A DNA stretch of 64,000 bases from Eledone cirrhosa (GCA_964016885.1 OZ024748.1:33666001-33730000), one strand, 5' to 3'; counted from the stretch's first letter, positions 51,401-64,000 are shown. The notes: generated from the letters alone by a model not told the origin. Numbers and translations are program-made.

Positions 51401-54245
51401 GGAGTGAATCACTGGTGGTGGACATTAGGTGGAGTGAATCAGTGGTGGTGGACATTAGGTGGAGTGAATCAGTGGTGGTGTAGATTAGTTAGAGTGAATC
51501 AGTGGTGGTGGACATTAGGTGGAGTGAATCAGTGGTGGTGGACATTAGGTGGAGTGAATCAGTGGTGGTGTAGATTAGTTAGAGTGAATCAGTGGTGGTG
51601 GACATTAGGTGGAGTGAATCAGTGGTGGTGGACATTAGGTGGAGTGAATCAGTGGTGGTGGACATTAGGTGGAGTGAATCAGTGGTGGTGGACATTAGGT
51701 GGAGTGAATCAGTGGTGGTGTAGATTAGTTAGAGTGAATCAGTGGTGGTGGACATTAGGTGGAGTGAATCAGTGGTGGTGGACATTAGGTGGAGTGAATC
51801 AGTGGTGGTGGAGATTAGGTGGAGTGAATCAGTGGTTGTGGACATTAGGTGGAGCGAATCAGTGTTGGTGGACATTAGGAGGAGTGAATCAGTGGTGGTG
51901 GACATATGTAGAGTGAATCAGTGGTGGTGGACATTAGGTGGAGTGAATCAGTGGTGGTGGAGATTAGCTGGAGTCAATCAGTGGTGGTGTGGTGGACATT
52001 AGGTAGAGTGAATCATTGGTGGTGGACATTAGGTGGAATGAATCAGTGGTGGTGGAGATTAGGTGGAGTCAATCAGTGGTGGTGTGGTGGACATTAGGTA
52101 GAGTGAATCATTGGTGGTCGACATAAGGTGGAGTGAATCAGTGGTGGTGGACATTAGGTGGAGTGAATCAGTGGTGGTGGACATTAGGTAGAGTGAATCA
52201 GTGGTGGTGGAGATTAGGTGGAGTCAATCAGTGGTGGTGTGGTGGACATTAGGTAGAGTGAAGCGTTGGTGGTGGACATTAGGTGGAGTGAATCAGTGCT
52301 GGGGTGGTGGAGATTAGATGGAGTTAATCAGTGCTGGTGGACATTAGGTGGAGTGAATCAGTGGTGGTGGACATTAGGTGGAGTGAATCAGTGGTGGTGG
52401 ACATTAGGTGGAGTGAATCAGTGGTGGTGGGCATTAGGTGGAGTGAATCAGTGGTGGTGGACATTAGGTGGAGTGAATCAGTGGTGGTGGACATTAGGTG
52501 GAGTGAATCAGTGGTGGCGGACATTAGGTGGAGTGAATCAGTGGTGGTGGACATTAGGTGGAGTGAATCAGTGGTGGTGGGCATTAGGTGGAGTGAATCA
52601 GTGGTGGTGTGTATTAGGTGGAGTGAATCAGTGGTGGCGGACATTAGGTGGGGTGAATCAGTGGTGGTGTGGTTGACATTAGGTGGAGTGAATCAGTGGT
52701 GGTGGACATTAGCTGGAGTCAATCAGTGGTGGTGTGGTGGACATTAGGTGGAGTGAATCAGTGGTGGTGGACATTAGCTGGAGTCAATCAGTGGTGGTGT
52801 GGTTGACATTAGGTGGAGTGAATCAGTGGTGGTGGACATTAGGTGGAGTGAATCAGTGGTGGTGTGGTGGTGGACATTAGGAGGAGTGAATCAGTGGTGG
52901 TGGACATTAGATGGAGTGAATCAGTGGTGGTGTGGTGGTGGACATTAGGAGGAGTGAATCAGTGGTGGTGGACTTAGGTGGAGTGAATCAGTGGTGGTGT
53001 GGTGGTGGACATTAGGAGGAGTGAATCAGTGGTGGTGGACATTAGATGGAGTGAATCAGTGGTGGTGTGGTTGTGGACATTAGGTGGAGCGAATCAGTGT
53101 TGGTGGACATATGTAGAGTGAATCAGTGGTGGTGGACATTAGGTGGAGTGAATCAGTGGTGGTGGAGATTAGGTGGAGTCAATCAGTGGTGGTGTGGTGG
53201 ACATTAGGTAGTGTGAATCATTGGTGGTCGACATTAGGTGGAGTGAATCAGTGGTGGTGGACATTATGTGGAGTCAATCAGTGATGGTGTGGTCGACATT
53301 AGGTAGAGTGAAGCGTTGGTGGTGGACTTAGGTGGAGTGAATCAGTGCTGGGGTGGTGGAGATTAGATGGAGTTAATCAGTGCTGGTGGACATTAGGTGG
53401 AGTTAATCAGTGGTGGTGGACATTAGGTGGAGTGAATCAGTGGTGGTGGACATTAGGAGGAGTGAATCAGTGGTGGTGGACATTAGGTGGAGTGAATCAG
53501 TGGTGGTGTGGTTGACATTAGGTGGAGTGAATTAGTGGTGGTGGACATTAGGTGGAGTGAATCAGTGGTGGACATTAGGTGGAGTGAATCAGTGGTGGTT
53601 GACATTAGGTGGAGTGAATTAGTGGTGGTGTGGTTGACATTAGGTGGAGTGAATTAGTGGTGGTGGAAATTAGGAGGAGTGAATCAGTGGTGGTGGACAT
53701 TAGGAGGAGTGAATCAGTGGTGGTGTGGTTGACATTAGGTGGAGTGAATCAGTGGTGGTGGACATTAGGTTGAGTGAATCAGTGGTGGTGGACATTAACT
53801 AGAGTGAATCAGTGTTGGTGGACATTAGGTAGAGTGAATCAGTGGTGTTGGACGTTAGGTGGGGTTAATCAGTGGTGGTGGACATTAGATGGAGTGAATC
53901 AGTGGTGGTGTGGTGGTGGTCATTAGCTGGTGTAAATCAGTGGTGGTGGACATTAGGTAGAGTGAATCAGTAGTGGGGTGGCGGACATTAGGTGGAGTTC
54001 ATCAGTGGTGGTGGACATTAGGTTGAGTGAGTCAGTGGTGGCGGACATTAGGTGGAGTGAATCAGTGGTGGTGGAGATTAGGTGGAGTGAATCAGTGGTG
54101 GTGGACATTAGGTGGAGTGAATCAGTGGTGGCGGACATTAGGTGGAGTGAATCAGTGGTGGACATTAGGTGGAGTGAATCAGTGGTGGTGGACATTAGGT
54201 GGAGTGAATCAGTGGTGGTGGACATTAGGTGGAGTGAATCAGTGG
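45480..54245 (+). repeat. About 4.3-4.6-kb tandem duplication with internal monomer copy-number differences
   Basis: Matching variant strings at 45510/50105, 46650/50990, 47656/52266 and 49471/53953 (offsets 4595, 4340, 4610 and 4482). Confidence 0.82.
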
Positions 54246-57200
54246 TGGTGCAGATTAGTTAGAGTGAATCAGTGGTGGCGGACATTAGGTGGAGTGAATC
54301 AGTGGTGGTGGACATTAGGTGGAGTGAATCAGTGGTGGTGGACATTAGGTGGAGTGAATCAGTGGTGGCGGACATTAGGTGGAGTGAATCAGTGGTGGTG
54401 GACATTAGGTGGAGTGAATCAGTGGTGGTGGAGACTAGGTGGAGTGAATCAGTGGTGGTGGACATTAGGTGGAGTGAATCAGTGGTGGTGTGGTTGTGGA
54501 CATTAGGTGGAGCGAATCAGTGTTGGTGGACATTAGGAGGAGTGAATCAGTGGTGGTGGACATTAGGTGGAGTGAATCAGTGGTGGTGGAGATTAGGTGG
54601 AGTGAATCATTGGTGGTCGACATAAGGTGGAGTGAATCAGTGGTGGTGGACATTAGGTGGAGTCAATCAGTGGTGGTGTGGTGGACATTAGGTAGAGTGA
54701 AGCGTTGGTGGTGGACATTAGGTGGAGTGAATCAGTGCTGGTGGAGATTAGATGGAGTTAATCAGTGCTGGTGGACATTAGGTGGAGTTAATCAGTGGTG
54801 GTGGACATTAGGTGGAATGAATCAGTGGTGGTGGACATTAGATGGAGTGAATCAGTGGTGGTGTGGTGGTGGTCATTAGCTGGTGTAAATCAGTGGTGGT
54901 GGACATTAGGTAGAGTGAATCAGTAGTGGGGTGGCGGACATTAGGTGGAGTTCATCAGTGGTGGTGGAGATTAGGTTGAGTGAGTCAGTGGTGGCGGACA
55001 TTAGGTGGAGTGAATCAGTGGTGGTGGAGATTAGGTGGAGTGAATCAGTGGTGGTGGACATTAGGTGGAGTGAATCAGTGGTGGCGGACATTAGGTGGAG
55101 TGAATCAGTGGTGGACATTAGGTGGAGTGAATCAGTGGTGGTGGAGATTAGGTTGAGTGAGTCAGTGGTGGCGGACATTAGGTGGAGTGAATCAGTGGTG
55201 GTGGACATTAGGAGGAGTGAATCAATGGTGGTGGAGATTAGGTGGAGTGAATCATTGGTGGTCGACATAAGGTGGAGTGAATCAGTGGTGGTGGACATTA
55301 GGTGGAGTGAATCAGTGGTGGTGGACATTAGGTGGAGTGAATCAGTGGTGGCGGACATTAGGTGGAGTGAATCAGTGGTGGACATTGGGTGGAGTGAATC
55401 AGTGGTGGTGGACATTAGGTGGAGTGAATCAGTGGTGGTGCACATTAGGTGGAGTGAATCAGTGGTGGTGGACATTAGGTGGAGTGAATCAGTGGTGGTG
55501 GAGATTAGGTGGAGTGAATCATTGGTGGTCGACATAAGGTGGAGTGAATCAGTGGTGGTGGACATTAGGTGGAGTGAATCAGTGGTGGTGGACATTAGGT
55601 GGAGTGAATCAGTGGTGGTGGACATTAGATAGAGTGAATCAGTGGTGGTGGACATTAGGTAGAGTGAATCAGTGGTGGTGGAGATTAGGTGGAGTGAATC
55701 ATTGGTGGTCGACATAAGGTGGAGTGAATCAGTGGTGGTGGACATTAGGTGGAGTCAATCAGTGGTGGTGTGGTGGACATTAGGTAGAGTGAAGCGTTGG
55801 TGGTGGACATTAGGTGGAGTGAATCAGTGCTGGTGGAGATTAGATGGAGTTAATCAGTGCTGGTGGACATTAGGTGGAGTTAATCAGTGGTGGTGGACAT
55901 TAGGTGGAATGAATCAGTGGTGGTGGACATTAGTTGGAGTGAATCAGTGGTGGTGGACATTAGGTGGAGTGAATCAGTTGTGGTGGACATTAGGTGGAGT
56001 GAATCAGTGGTGTTAGACATCAGGTACTGTCAATCAGTGGTGGTGGACATTAGGTAGAGTGATAAAGTGGTGTTGTGGTGGACATAAGGTGGAGTGAATC
56101 AGTGGTGGTGGACATTAGATGGAGTGAATCAGTGGTGGTGTGGTGGTGGACATTAGGTGGAGTCAATCAGTGGTGGTGTGTTGGGTATTAGGGAGAGTGA
56201 ATCATTGGTGGTGGACATTAGGTGGAGTGAATCAGTGGTGGTGGACATTAGGTGGAGTGAATCAGTGGTGGTGGACATTAGGAGGAGTGAATCAGTGGTG
56301 GTGGACATATGTAGAGTGAATCAGTGGTGGTGGACATTAGGTGGAGTGAATCGGTGGTGGTGTGGTTGACATTAGGTGGAGTGAATTAGTGGTGGTGGAC
56401 ATTAGGTGGAGTGAATCAGTTGTGGTAGACATTAGCTGGAGTAAATCAGTGGTGGTGGACATTAAGTGGAGTGAATTAGTGGTGGTGGACATTTGGTGGA
56501 GTGAATCAGTGGTGGTGGACATTAGGTGGAGTGAATCAGTGGTGATGGAGATTAGGTGGAGTGAATCGGTGGTGGTGTGGTGGACATTAGGTGGAGTTAA
56601 TCAGTGGTGGTGGACATTAGGTGGAGTTAATCAGTTGTGGTAGACATTAGCTGGAGTAAATCAGTGGTGGTGGACATTAAGTGGAGTGAATTAGTGGTGG
56701 TGGACATTTGGTGGAGTGAATCAGTGGTGGTGGACATTAGGTGGAGTGAATCAGTGGTGATGGAGATTAGGTGGAGTCAATCAGTGGTGGTGTGGTGGAC
56801 ATTAGGTAGAGTTAATCATTGGTGGTGGACATTAGCTGGAGTGAATCAGTAGTGGGGTGGCGGACATTAGGTGGAGTTAATCAGTTGTGGTGGACATTAG
56901 GTGGAGTCAATCATTGGTGGTGTAGTGGACATTAGGTAGAGTGAATCATTGGTGGTGGACATTAGGTGGAGTGAATCAATGGTGGTGGACATTAGGTGGA
57001 GTCAATCAGTGGTGGTGTGGTGGACATTAGGTAGAGTGAATCATTGGTGGGGTGGTGGAGATTAGGTGGAGTTAATCAGTGGTGGTAGACATTAGGTGGA
57101 GTGAATCAGTTGTGGTAGACATTAGCTGGAGTGAATCAGTGGTGGTGGACATTAGGTAGAGTGAATCAGTGGTGGTGGACATTAGGTAGAGTGAATCAGT

Positions 57201-59079
57201 GGTGGTGGACATTAGGTGGAGTGAATCAGTGGTGGTGTGGTTGACATTAGGTTGAGGGAATTAGTGGTGGTGGACATCAGGTGTAGTGAATCAGAGGTGG
57301 TGGACATTAGGAGGAGTGAATCAGTGGTGGTGGACATTAGGTAGAGTGAATCAGTGGTGGTGGACATTAGGTGGAGTGAATCAGTGGTGGTGGACATTAG
57401 GAGGAGTGAATCAGTGGTGGTGGACATTAGGAGGAGTGAATCAGTGGTGGTGGAAATTAGGAGGAGTGAATCAGTGGTGGTGGAAATTAGGAGGAGTGAA
57501 TCAGTGGTGGTGGAGATTAGGTGGAGTGAATCAGTGGTGGTGGACATTAGGTGGAGTGAATCAGTGGTGGTGGAGATTAGGTGGAGTGAATCAGTGGTGG
57601 TGGACATTAGGTGGAGTGAATCAGTGGTGGTGGACATTAGGTTGAGTGAGTCAGTGGTGGCGGACATTAGGTGGAGTGAATCAGTGGTGGTGGACATTAG
57701 GTAGAGTGAATCAGTGGTGGTGTAGATTAGTTAGAGTGAATCAGTGGTGGTGTAGATTAGTTAGAGTGAATCAGTGGTGGTGGACATTAGGTGGAGTGAA
57801 TCAGTGTTGGTGGACATTAGGAGGAGTGAATCAGTGGTGGTGGACATATGTAGAGTGAATCAGTGGTGGTGGACATTAGGTGGAGTGAATCAGTGGTGGT
57901 GGACATTAGGTGGAGTGAATCTGCGGACATTAGGTGGAGTGAATCAGTGGTGGTGTGGTGGTGGATATTAGGTGGAGTGAATCAGTGGTGGTGGACATTA
58001 GCTGGAGTGAATCAGTGGTGGTGTGGTGGACATTAGGGAGAGTGAATCATTGGTGGTGGACATTAGGTGGAGTGAATCAGTGGTGGTGGACATTAGGAGG
58101 AGTGAATCAGTGGTGGTGGACATTAGGTGGAGTGAATCAGTGGTGGTGTGGTTGACATTAGGTGGTGTGAATTAGTGGTGGTGGATATTAGGAGGAGTGA
58201 ATCAGTGGTGTTGGACATTAGGAGGAGGGAATCAGTGGTGGTGGACATTAGTTGGCGTGAATCAGTGGTGGTGCACATTAAGTAGACTGAATCAGTGGTG
58301 GTGGACATTAGGTGGAGTGAATCAGTGGTGGTGGACATTAAGTAGAGTGAATAAGTGGTGGTGGACATTAGGTGGAGTGAATCAGTGGTGGTGGACATTA
58401 AGTAGAGTGAATAAGTGGTGGTGGACATTAGGTGGAGTGAATCAGTGGTGGTGGACATTAGGTGGAGTGAATCAGTGGTGGTGGACATTAGGTGGAGTGA
58501 ATCAGTGGTGGTGGACATTAGGTGGAGTGAATTAGTGGTGGCGTGGAGTGAATCAGTGGTGGCATGGTTGACATTAGGTAGAGTGAATCAGTGGTGGTGG
58601 ACATTAGGTGGAGTGAATCAGTGGTGGTGGACATTAAGTAGAGTGAATCAGTGGTGGTGGAAATTAGTTGGAGTGAATCAGTGGTGGTGTGGTGGACATT
58701 AGGTGGAGTGAATCAGTGGTGGTGGACATCAGGTGGAGTGAATCATTGGTGGTGGACATTAAGTAGAGTGAATCAGTGGTGGTGGAAATTAGTTGGAGTG
58801 AATCAGTGGTGGTGTGGTTGACATTAGGTAGAGTGAATCAGTGGTGGTGGACATTAGATGGAGTCAATCAGTGGTGGTGTGGTGGACATTAGGTGGAGTG
58901 AATCAGTGGTGGCGTGGTTGACATTAGGTAGAGTGAATCAGTGGTGGTGGACATTAGGTGGAGTGAATCAGTGGTGGTGTGGTTGACATTATGTGGAGTG
59001 AATTAGTGGTGGTGCACATTAGGAGGAGTGAATCAGTGGTGGTGGCCATTAGGAGGAGTGAGTCAGTGGTGGTGGCCAT

Positions 59080-59510
59080 TAGGTGGAGTGAATCAGTGGT
59101 GGTGTGGTTGACATTAGGTGGAGTGAATCAGTGGTGGTGGACATTAGGTGGAGTGAATCAGTGGTGGTGGACATTAGGTGGAGTGAATCAGTGGTGGTGT
59201 GGTTGACATTAGGTGGAGTGAATCAGTGGTGGTTGACATTAGGTGGAGTGAATTAGTGGTGGTGGAAATTAGGTGGAGTGAATCAGTGGTGGTGTGGTTG
59301 ACATTAGGTGGAGTGAATCAGTGGTGGTGGACATTAGGTGGAGTGATTAAGTGGTGGTGGACATTAGGTGGAGTGAATCAGTGGTGGTGGACATTAGGTG
59401 GAGTGAATCAGTGGTGGTGTGGTTGACATTAGGTGGAGTGAATCAGTGGTGGTTGACATTAGGTGGAGTGAATTAGTGGTGGTGGAAATTAGGTGGAGTG
59501 AATCAGTGGT
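59080..59510 (+). repeat. 220-bp local higher-order periodicity
   Basis: GGTTGACATT...GAATTAGTGGTGGTGGAAATT recurs at 220-bp spacing (ORFs at 59199 and 59419). Confidence 0.65.
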
Positions 59511-61689
59511 GGTAGACATTAGCTGGAGTGAATCAGTAGTGGGGTGGCGGACATTAGGTGGAGTTGATCAGTGGTGGTGGACATTAGGTGGAGTCAATCA
59601 TTGGTGGTGTGGTGGACATTAGGTAGAGTGAATCACTGGTGGTGGACATTAGGTGGTGTGAATCAGTGGTGGTTGACATTAGGTGGAGTGAATCAGTGGT
59701 GGTGGACATTAGGTGGAGTGAATTAGTGGTGGTGGACATTAGGTGGAGTGAATCAGTGGTGGTGGACATTAGGTGGAGTGAATCAGTGGTGGTGGACATT
59801 AGGTGGAGTGAATCAGTGCTCGTGAACATTAAGTAGAGTGAATCAGTGGTGGTGGACATTAAGTAGAGTGAATCAGTGGTGGCGTGGTTGACATTAGGTA
59901 GAGTGAATCAGTGGTGGTGGACATTAGGTGGAGTGAATCAGTGGTGGTGGACATTAAGTAGAGTGAATCAGTGGTGGTGGACATTAAGTAGAGTGAATCA
60001 ATGGTGGTGGACATTAAGTAGACTGAATCAGTGGTGGTGGACATTAGTTGGAGTGAATCAGTGGTGGTGTGGTGGACATTAGGTCGAGTGAATCAGTGGT
60101 GGTGGACATCAGCTACTGTCAATCAGGGGTGGTGGACATTAGGTGGAGTGAATCAGTAGTGGCGTGGTTGACATTAGGTAGAGTGAATCAGTGGTGGTGG
60201 AAATTAGGTGGAGTGCATCAGTGGTGGTGTGGTTGACATTAGGTTAAGTGAATTAGTGGTGGTGGACATTAGGTAGAGTGAATCAGTGGTGGTGGACATT
60301 AGGTGGAGTGAATCAGTGGTGGTGGACATTAGGTGGAGTGAATCAGTGGTGGTGGACATTAGGTAGAGTGAATCAGTGGTGGTGTGGTTGACATTAGGTG
60401 GTGTGAGTTAGTGGTGGTGGACATTAGGTGGAGTGAATCAGTGGTGGTGGACATTAGGTGGAGTGAATAAGTGGTGTTGGACATAAGGTAGAGTGAATCA
60501 GTGGTGGTGGACATTAAGTAGAGTGAATAAGTGGTGGTGGACATTAAGTAGACTGAATCAGTGTTGGTGGACATTAGGTGGAGTGAATCAGTGCTGGTAG
60601 ACATTAGGTGGAGTGAATCAGTGGTGGTGGACATTAAGTAGAGTGAATCAGTGGTTTTGGACGTTAGGTGGAGTGAATCAGTGGTGGTGGACATTAGATG
60701 GAGTGAATCAGTGGTAGTGTGGTTGTGGACATTAGGTGGAATGAATCTGTGGTGGTGGACATTAGGTGGAATCAATCAGTGGTGGTCTGGTGGACATTAG
60801 GGAGAGTGAATCATTGGTGGTTGACATTAGGTGGAGTGAATCAGTGGTGGTGGACATTAGGTGGAGTGAACCAGTTGTGGTAGACATTAGCTGGAGTGAA
60901 TCAGTGGTGGTGGACATTAGGTAGAGTGAATCAGTGGTGGTGGACATTAGGTAGAGTGAATCAGTGGTGGTGGACATTAGGTGGAGTGAATCAGTGGTGG
61001 CAGACATTAGGTGGAGTGAATCAGTGGTGGTGGACATTAGGTGGAGCAAATCAGTGTTGGTGGACATTAAGTAGAGTGAATCAGTGGTGGTGGAGATTAA
61101 ATGGAGTGAATCAGTGGTGGCGGACATTAGGTGGAGTGAATCAGTGGTGGTGGACATTTGGTAGAGTGATACAGTCGTTTTGTGGTGGACATAATGGGGA
61201 GTGAATCAATGCTGGTGGACATTAGGAGGAGTGAATCTGCGGACATTAGGTGGAGTGAATCAGTGGTGGTGGACATTAGGTAGAATGATACAGTGGTGTT
61301 TTGGTGGACATAAGGTGGAGTGAATCAGCGGTGGTGGACATTAGATGGAGTGAATCAGTGGTGGTGTGGTGGTGGATATTAGGTGGAGTGAATCAGTGGT
61401 GGTGGACATTAGCTGGAGTCAATCAGTGGTGGTGTGGTGGACATTAGGGAGAGTGAATCATTGGTGGTGGACATTAGGTGGAGTGAATCAGTGGTGGTGG
61501 ACATTAGGAGGAGTGAATCAGTGGTGGTGGACATTAGGTGGAGTGAATCAGTGGTGGTGTGGTTGACATTAGGTGGTGTGAATTAGTGGTGGTGGATATT
61601 AGGAGGAGTGAATCAGTGGTGTTGGACATTAGGAGGAGTGAATCAGTGGTGGTGGATATTAGTTGGCGTGAATCAGTGGTGGTGCACAT

Positions 61690-62910
61690 TAATTAGACTG
61701 AATCAGTGGTGGTGGACATTAGGTGGAGTGAATCAGTAGTGGTGGACATTAGGTGGAGTGAATAAGTGGTGGTGGATATTAGGAGGAGTGAATCAGTGGT
61801 GGTGGACATTAGGTGGAGTGAATAAGTGGTGGTGGACATTAGGTGGAGTGAATAAGTGGTGGTGGATATTAGGAGGAGTGAATCAGTGGTGGTGGACATT
61901 AGGTGGAGTGAATAAGTGGTGGTGGATATTAGGTGGAGTGAATAAGTGGTGGTGGACATTAGGTGGAGTGAATAAGTGGTGGTGGATATTAGGAGGAGTG
62001 AATCAGTGGTGGTAGACATTAGGTGGAGTGAATCAGTGGTGGTGGACATTAGGTGGAGTGAATCAGTGATGGTGGACATTAGGTGGAGTGAATAAGTGGT
62101 GGTGGACATTAGGTGGAGTGAATAAGTGGTGGTGGATATTAGGTGGAGTGAATCAGTGGTGGTGGACATTAGGTGGAGTGAATCAGTGGTGGTGGACATT
62201 AGGTGGAGTGAATCAGTGATGGTGGACATTAGGTGGAGTGAATAAGTGGTGGTGGATATTAGGAGGAGTGAATCAGTGGTGGTGGACATTAGGAGGAGTG
62301 AATCAGTGGTGGTGGACATTAGGTGGAGTGAATAAGTGGTGGTGGATATTAGGAGGAGTGAATCAGTGGTGGTGGACATTAGGTGGAGTGAATAAGTGGT
62401 GGTGGATATTAGGAGGAGTGAATAAGTGGTGGTGGATATTAGGAGGAGTGAATCAGTGGTGGTGGACATTAGGTGGAGTGAATAAGTGGTGGTGGATATT
62501 AGGAGAAGTGAATAAGTGGTGGTGGATATTAGGAGGAGTGAATCAGTGGTGGTGGACATTAGGTGGAGTGAATAAGTGGTGGTGGATATTAGGAGGAGTG
62601 AATAAGTGGTGGTGGATATTAGGAGGAGTGAATCAGTGGTGGTGGACATTAGGAGGAGTGAATCAGTGGTGGTGGACATTAGGTGGAGTGAATAAGTGGT
62701 GGTGGACATTAAGTGGAGTGAATAAGTGGTGGTGGATATTAGGTGGAGTGAATCAGTGGTGGTGGACATTAGGTGGAGTGAATAAGTGGTGGCGTGGAGT
62801 GAATCAGTGGTGGTGGATATTAGGTGGAGTGAATAAGTGGTGGTGGATATTAGGTGGAGTGAATAAGTGGTGGTGGATATTAGGTGGAGTGAATCAGTGG
62901 TGGTGGACAT
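61690..62910 (+). repeat. Homogenised block built from GAATAAG / GGATATTAGGAGG variant monomers (90-120-bp sub-periods)
   Basis: Two otherwise uncommon variants dominate about 40 consecutive monomers. The frame is preserved, giving a 405-codon minus-strand ORF. Confidence 0.85.
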
Positions 62911-64000
62911 TAGGTGGAGTGAATCAGTGGTGGCGTGGAGTGAATCAGTGGTGGCGTGGTTGACATTAGGTAGAGTGAATCAGTGGTGGTGGACATTAGG
63001 TGGAGTGAATCAATGGTGGTGTGGTGGACATTAGTTGGAGTGAATCAGTGGTGGTGGACATCAGGTACTGTCAATCAGTGGTGGTGGACATTAGGTGGAG
63101 TGAATCAGTGGTGGCGTGGTTGACATTAGGTAGAGTGAATCAGTGGTGGTGGAAATTAGTTGGAGTGTATCAGTGGTGGTGTGCTGGACATTAGGTGGAG
63201 TGAATCAGTGGTGGTGTGGTTGACATTATGTGGAGTGAATTAGTGGTGGTGGACATTAGGAGGAGTGAATCAGTGGTGTTGGCCATTAGGAGGAGTGAGT
63301 CAGTGGTGGTGGACATTAGGAGGAGTGAATCAGTGGTGGTGTGGTTGACATTAGGTGGAGTGAATCAGTGGTGGTGGACATTAGATAGAGTGAACCAGTG
63401 GTGGTGGACATTAGGTGGAGTGATTAAGTGGTGGTGGACATTAGGTTGAGTGAATCAGTGGTGGTGGACATTAGGAGGAGTGAATCAGTGGTGGTGTGGT
63501 TGACATTAGGTGGAGTGAATCAGTGGTGGTGGACATTAGATAGAGTGAATCAGTGGTGGTGGACATTAGGTGGAGTGATTAAGTGGTGGTGGACATTAGG
63601 TTGAGTGAATCAGTGGTGGTGGACATTAGGTGGAGTGAATCAGTGGTGGTGTGGTTGACATTAGGTGGAGTGAATCAGTGGTGGTGTACATTAGTTGGAG
63701 TGAATCAGTGGTGGTAGACATTAGCTGGTGTAAATCAGTGGTGGTGGACATTAGGTAGAGTGAATCATTGGTGGTGGACATTAGCTGGAGTGAATCAGTA
63801 GTGGGGTGGCGGACATTAGGTGGAGTTGATCAGTGGTGGTGGACATTAGGTGGAGTCAATCATTGGTGGTGTGGTGGACATTAGGTAGAGTGAATCACTG
63901 GTGGTGGACATTAGGTGGAGTGAATCAGTGGTGGTTGACATTTGGTGGAGTGAATCAGTGGTGGTGGACATTAGGTGGAGTGAATTAGTGGTGGTGGACA

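Larger units (their letters stand above)
35711..64000 (+). repeat. 30-bp G-rich tandem satellite, right arm
   Basis: Same consensus and orientation as the left arm, with 27/29/35/38-bp variants. The array runs off the right edge of the window. Confidence 0.98.

Noticed and set aside
1-64000. CRISPR array (repeat length about 30 bp)
   Set aside because: Monomers are directly adjacent with no unique spacers, no leader and no cas genes, and the context is eukaryotic.
1-64000. Telomerase-synthesised long telomeric repeat
   Set aside because: Multi-kb higher-order duplications that preserve private variants indicate recombination or replication-based copying, not repeated templating from a single RNA.

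Overview
Eukaryotic (most likely metazoan) heterochromatin-type sequence, not a prokaryotic gene region. About 60.5 kb of the 64 kb is one uninterrupted-orientation, G-rich tandem satellite with a 30-bp consensus (GGACATTAGGTGGAGTGAATCAGTGGTGGT). It has 26-41-bp length variants and nested higher-order repeats (125, 180, 185, 220 bp; 2361 bp x4; 4444 bp x2; about 4.3-4.6 kb x2). The only non-satellite DNA is a single 3.5-kb, 5'-truncated CR1-group non-LTR retrotransposon (LINE) at 32201-35710 on the + strand. It carries the 3' end of ORF1 (missed by the ORF track), an APE-endonuclease/reverse-transcriptase ORF2 broken by one frameshift, a duplicated 3' terminal module and an (ATT)24 tail. The many W/V-rich and MSTTTDSLHL ORFs are translation artefacts of the satellite. 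I cannot support a wholly new gene system. The best leads are: an AUG-less ORF2 overlapping ORF1 in the -1 frame with a slippery-like C GGA AAC UAA and a downstream stem; a tandemly duplicated LINE 3' end; an empty insertion site reconstructable from paralogous monomers (no TSD, about 5-bp deletion, junction at TT|AGG); and the layered amplification history of a TTAGG-containing satellite.
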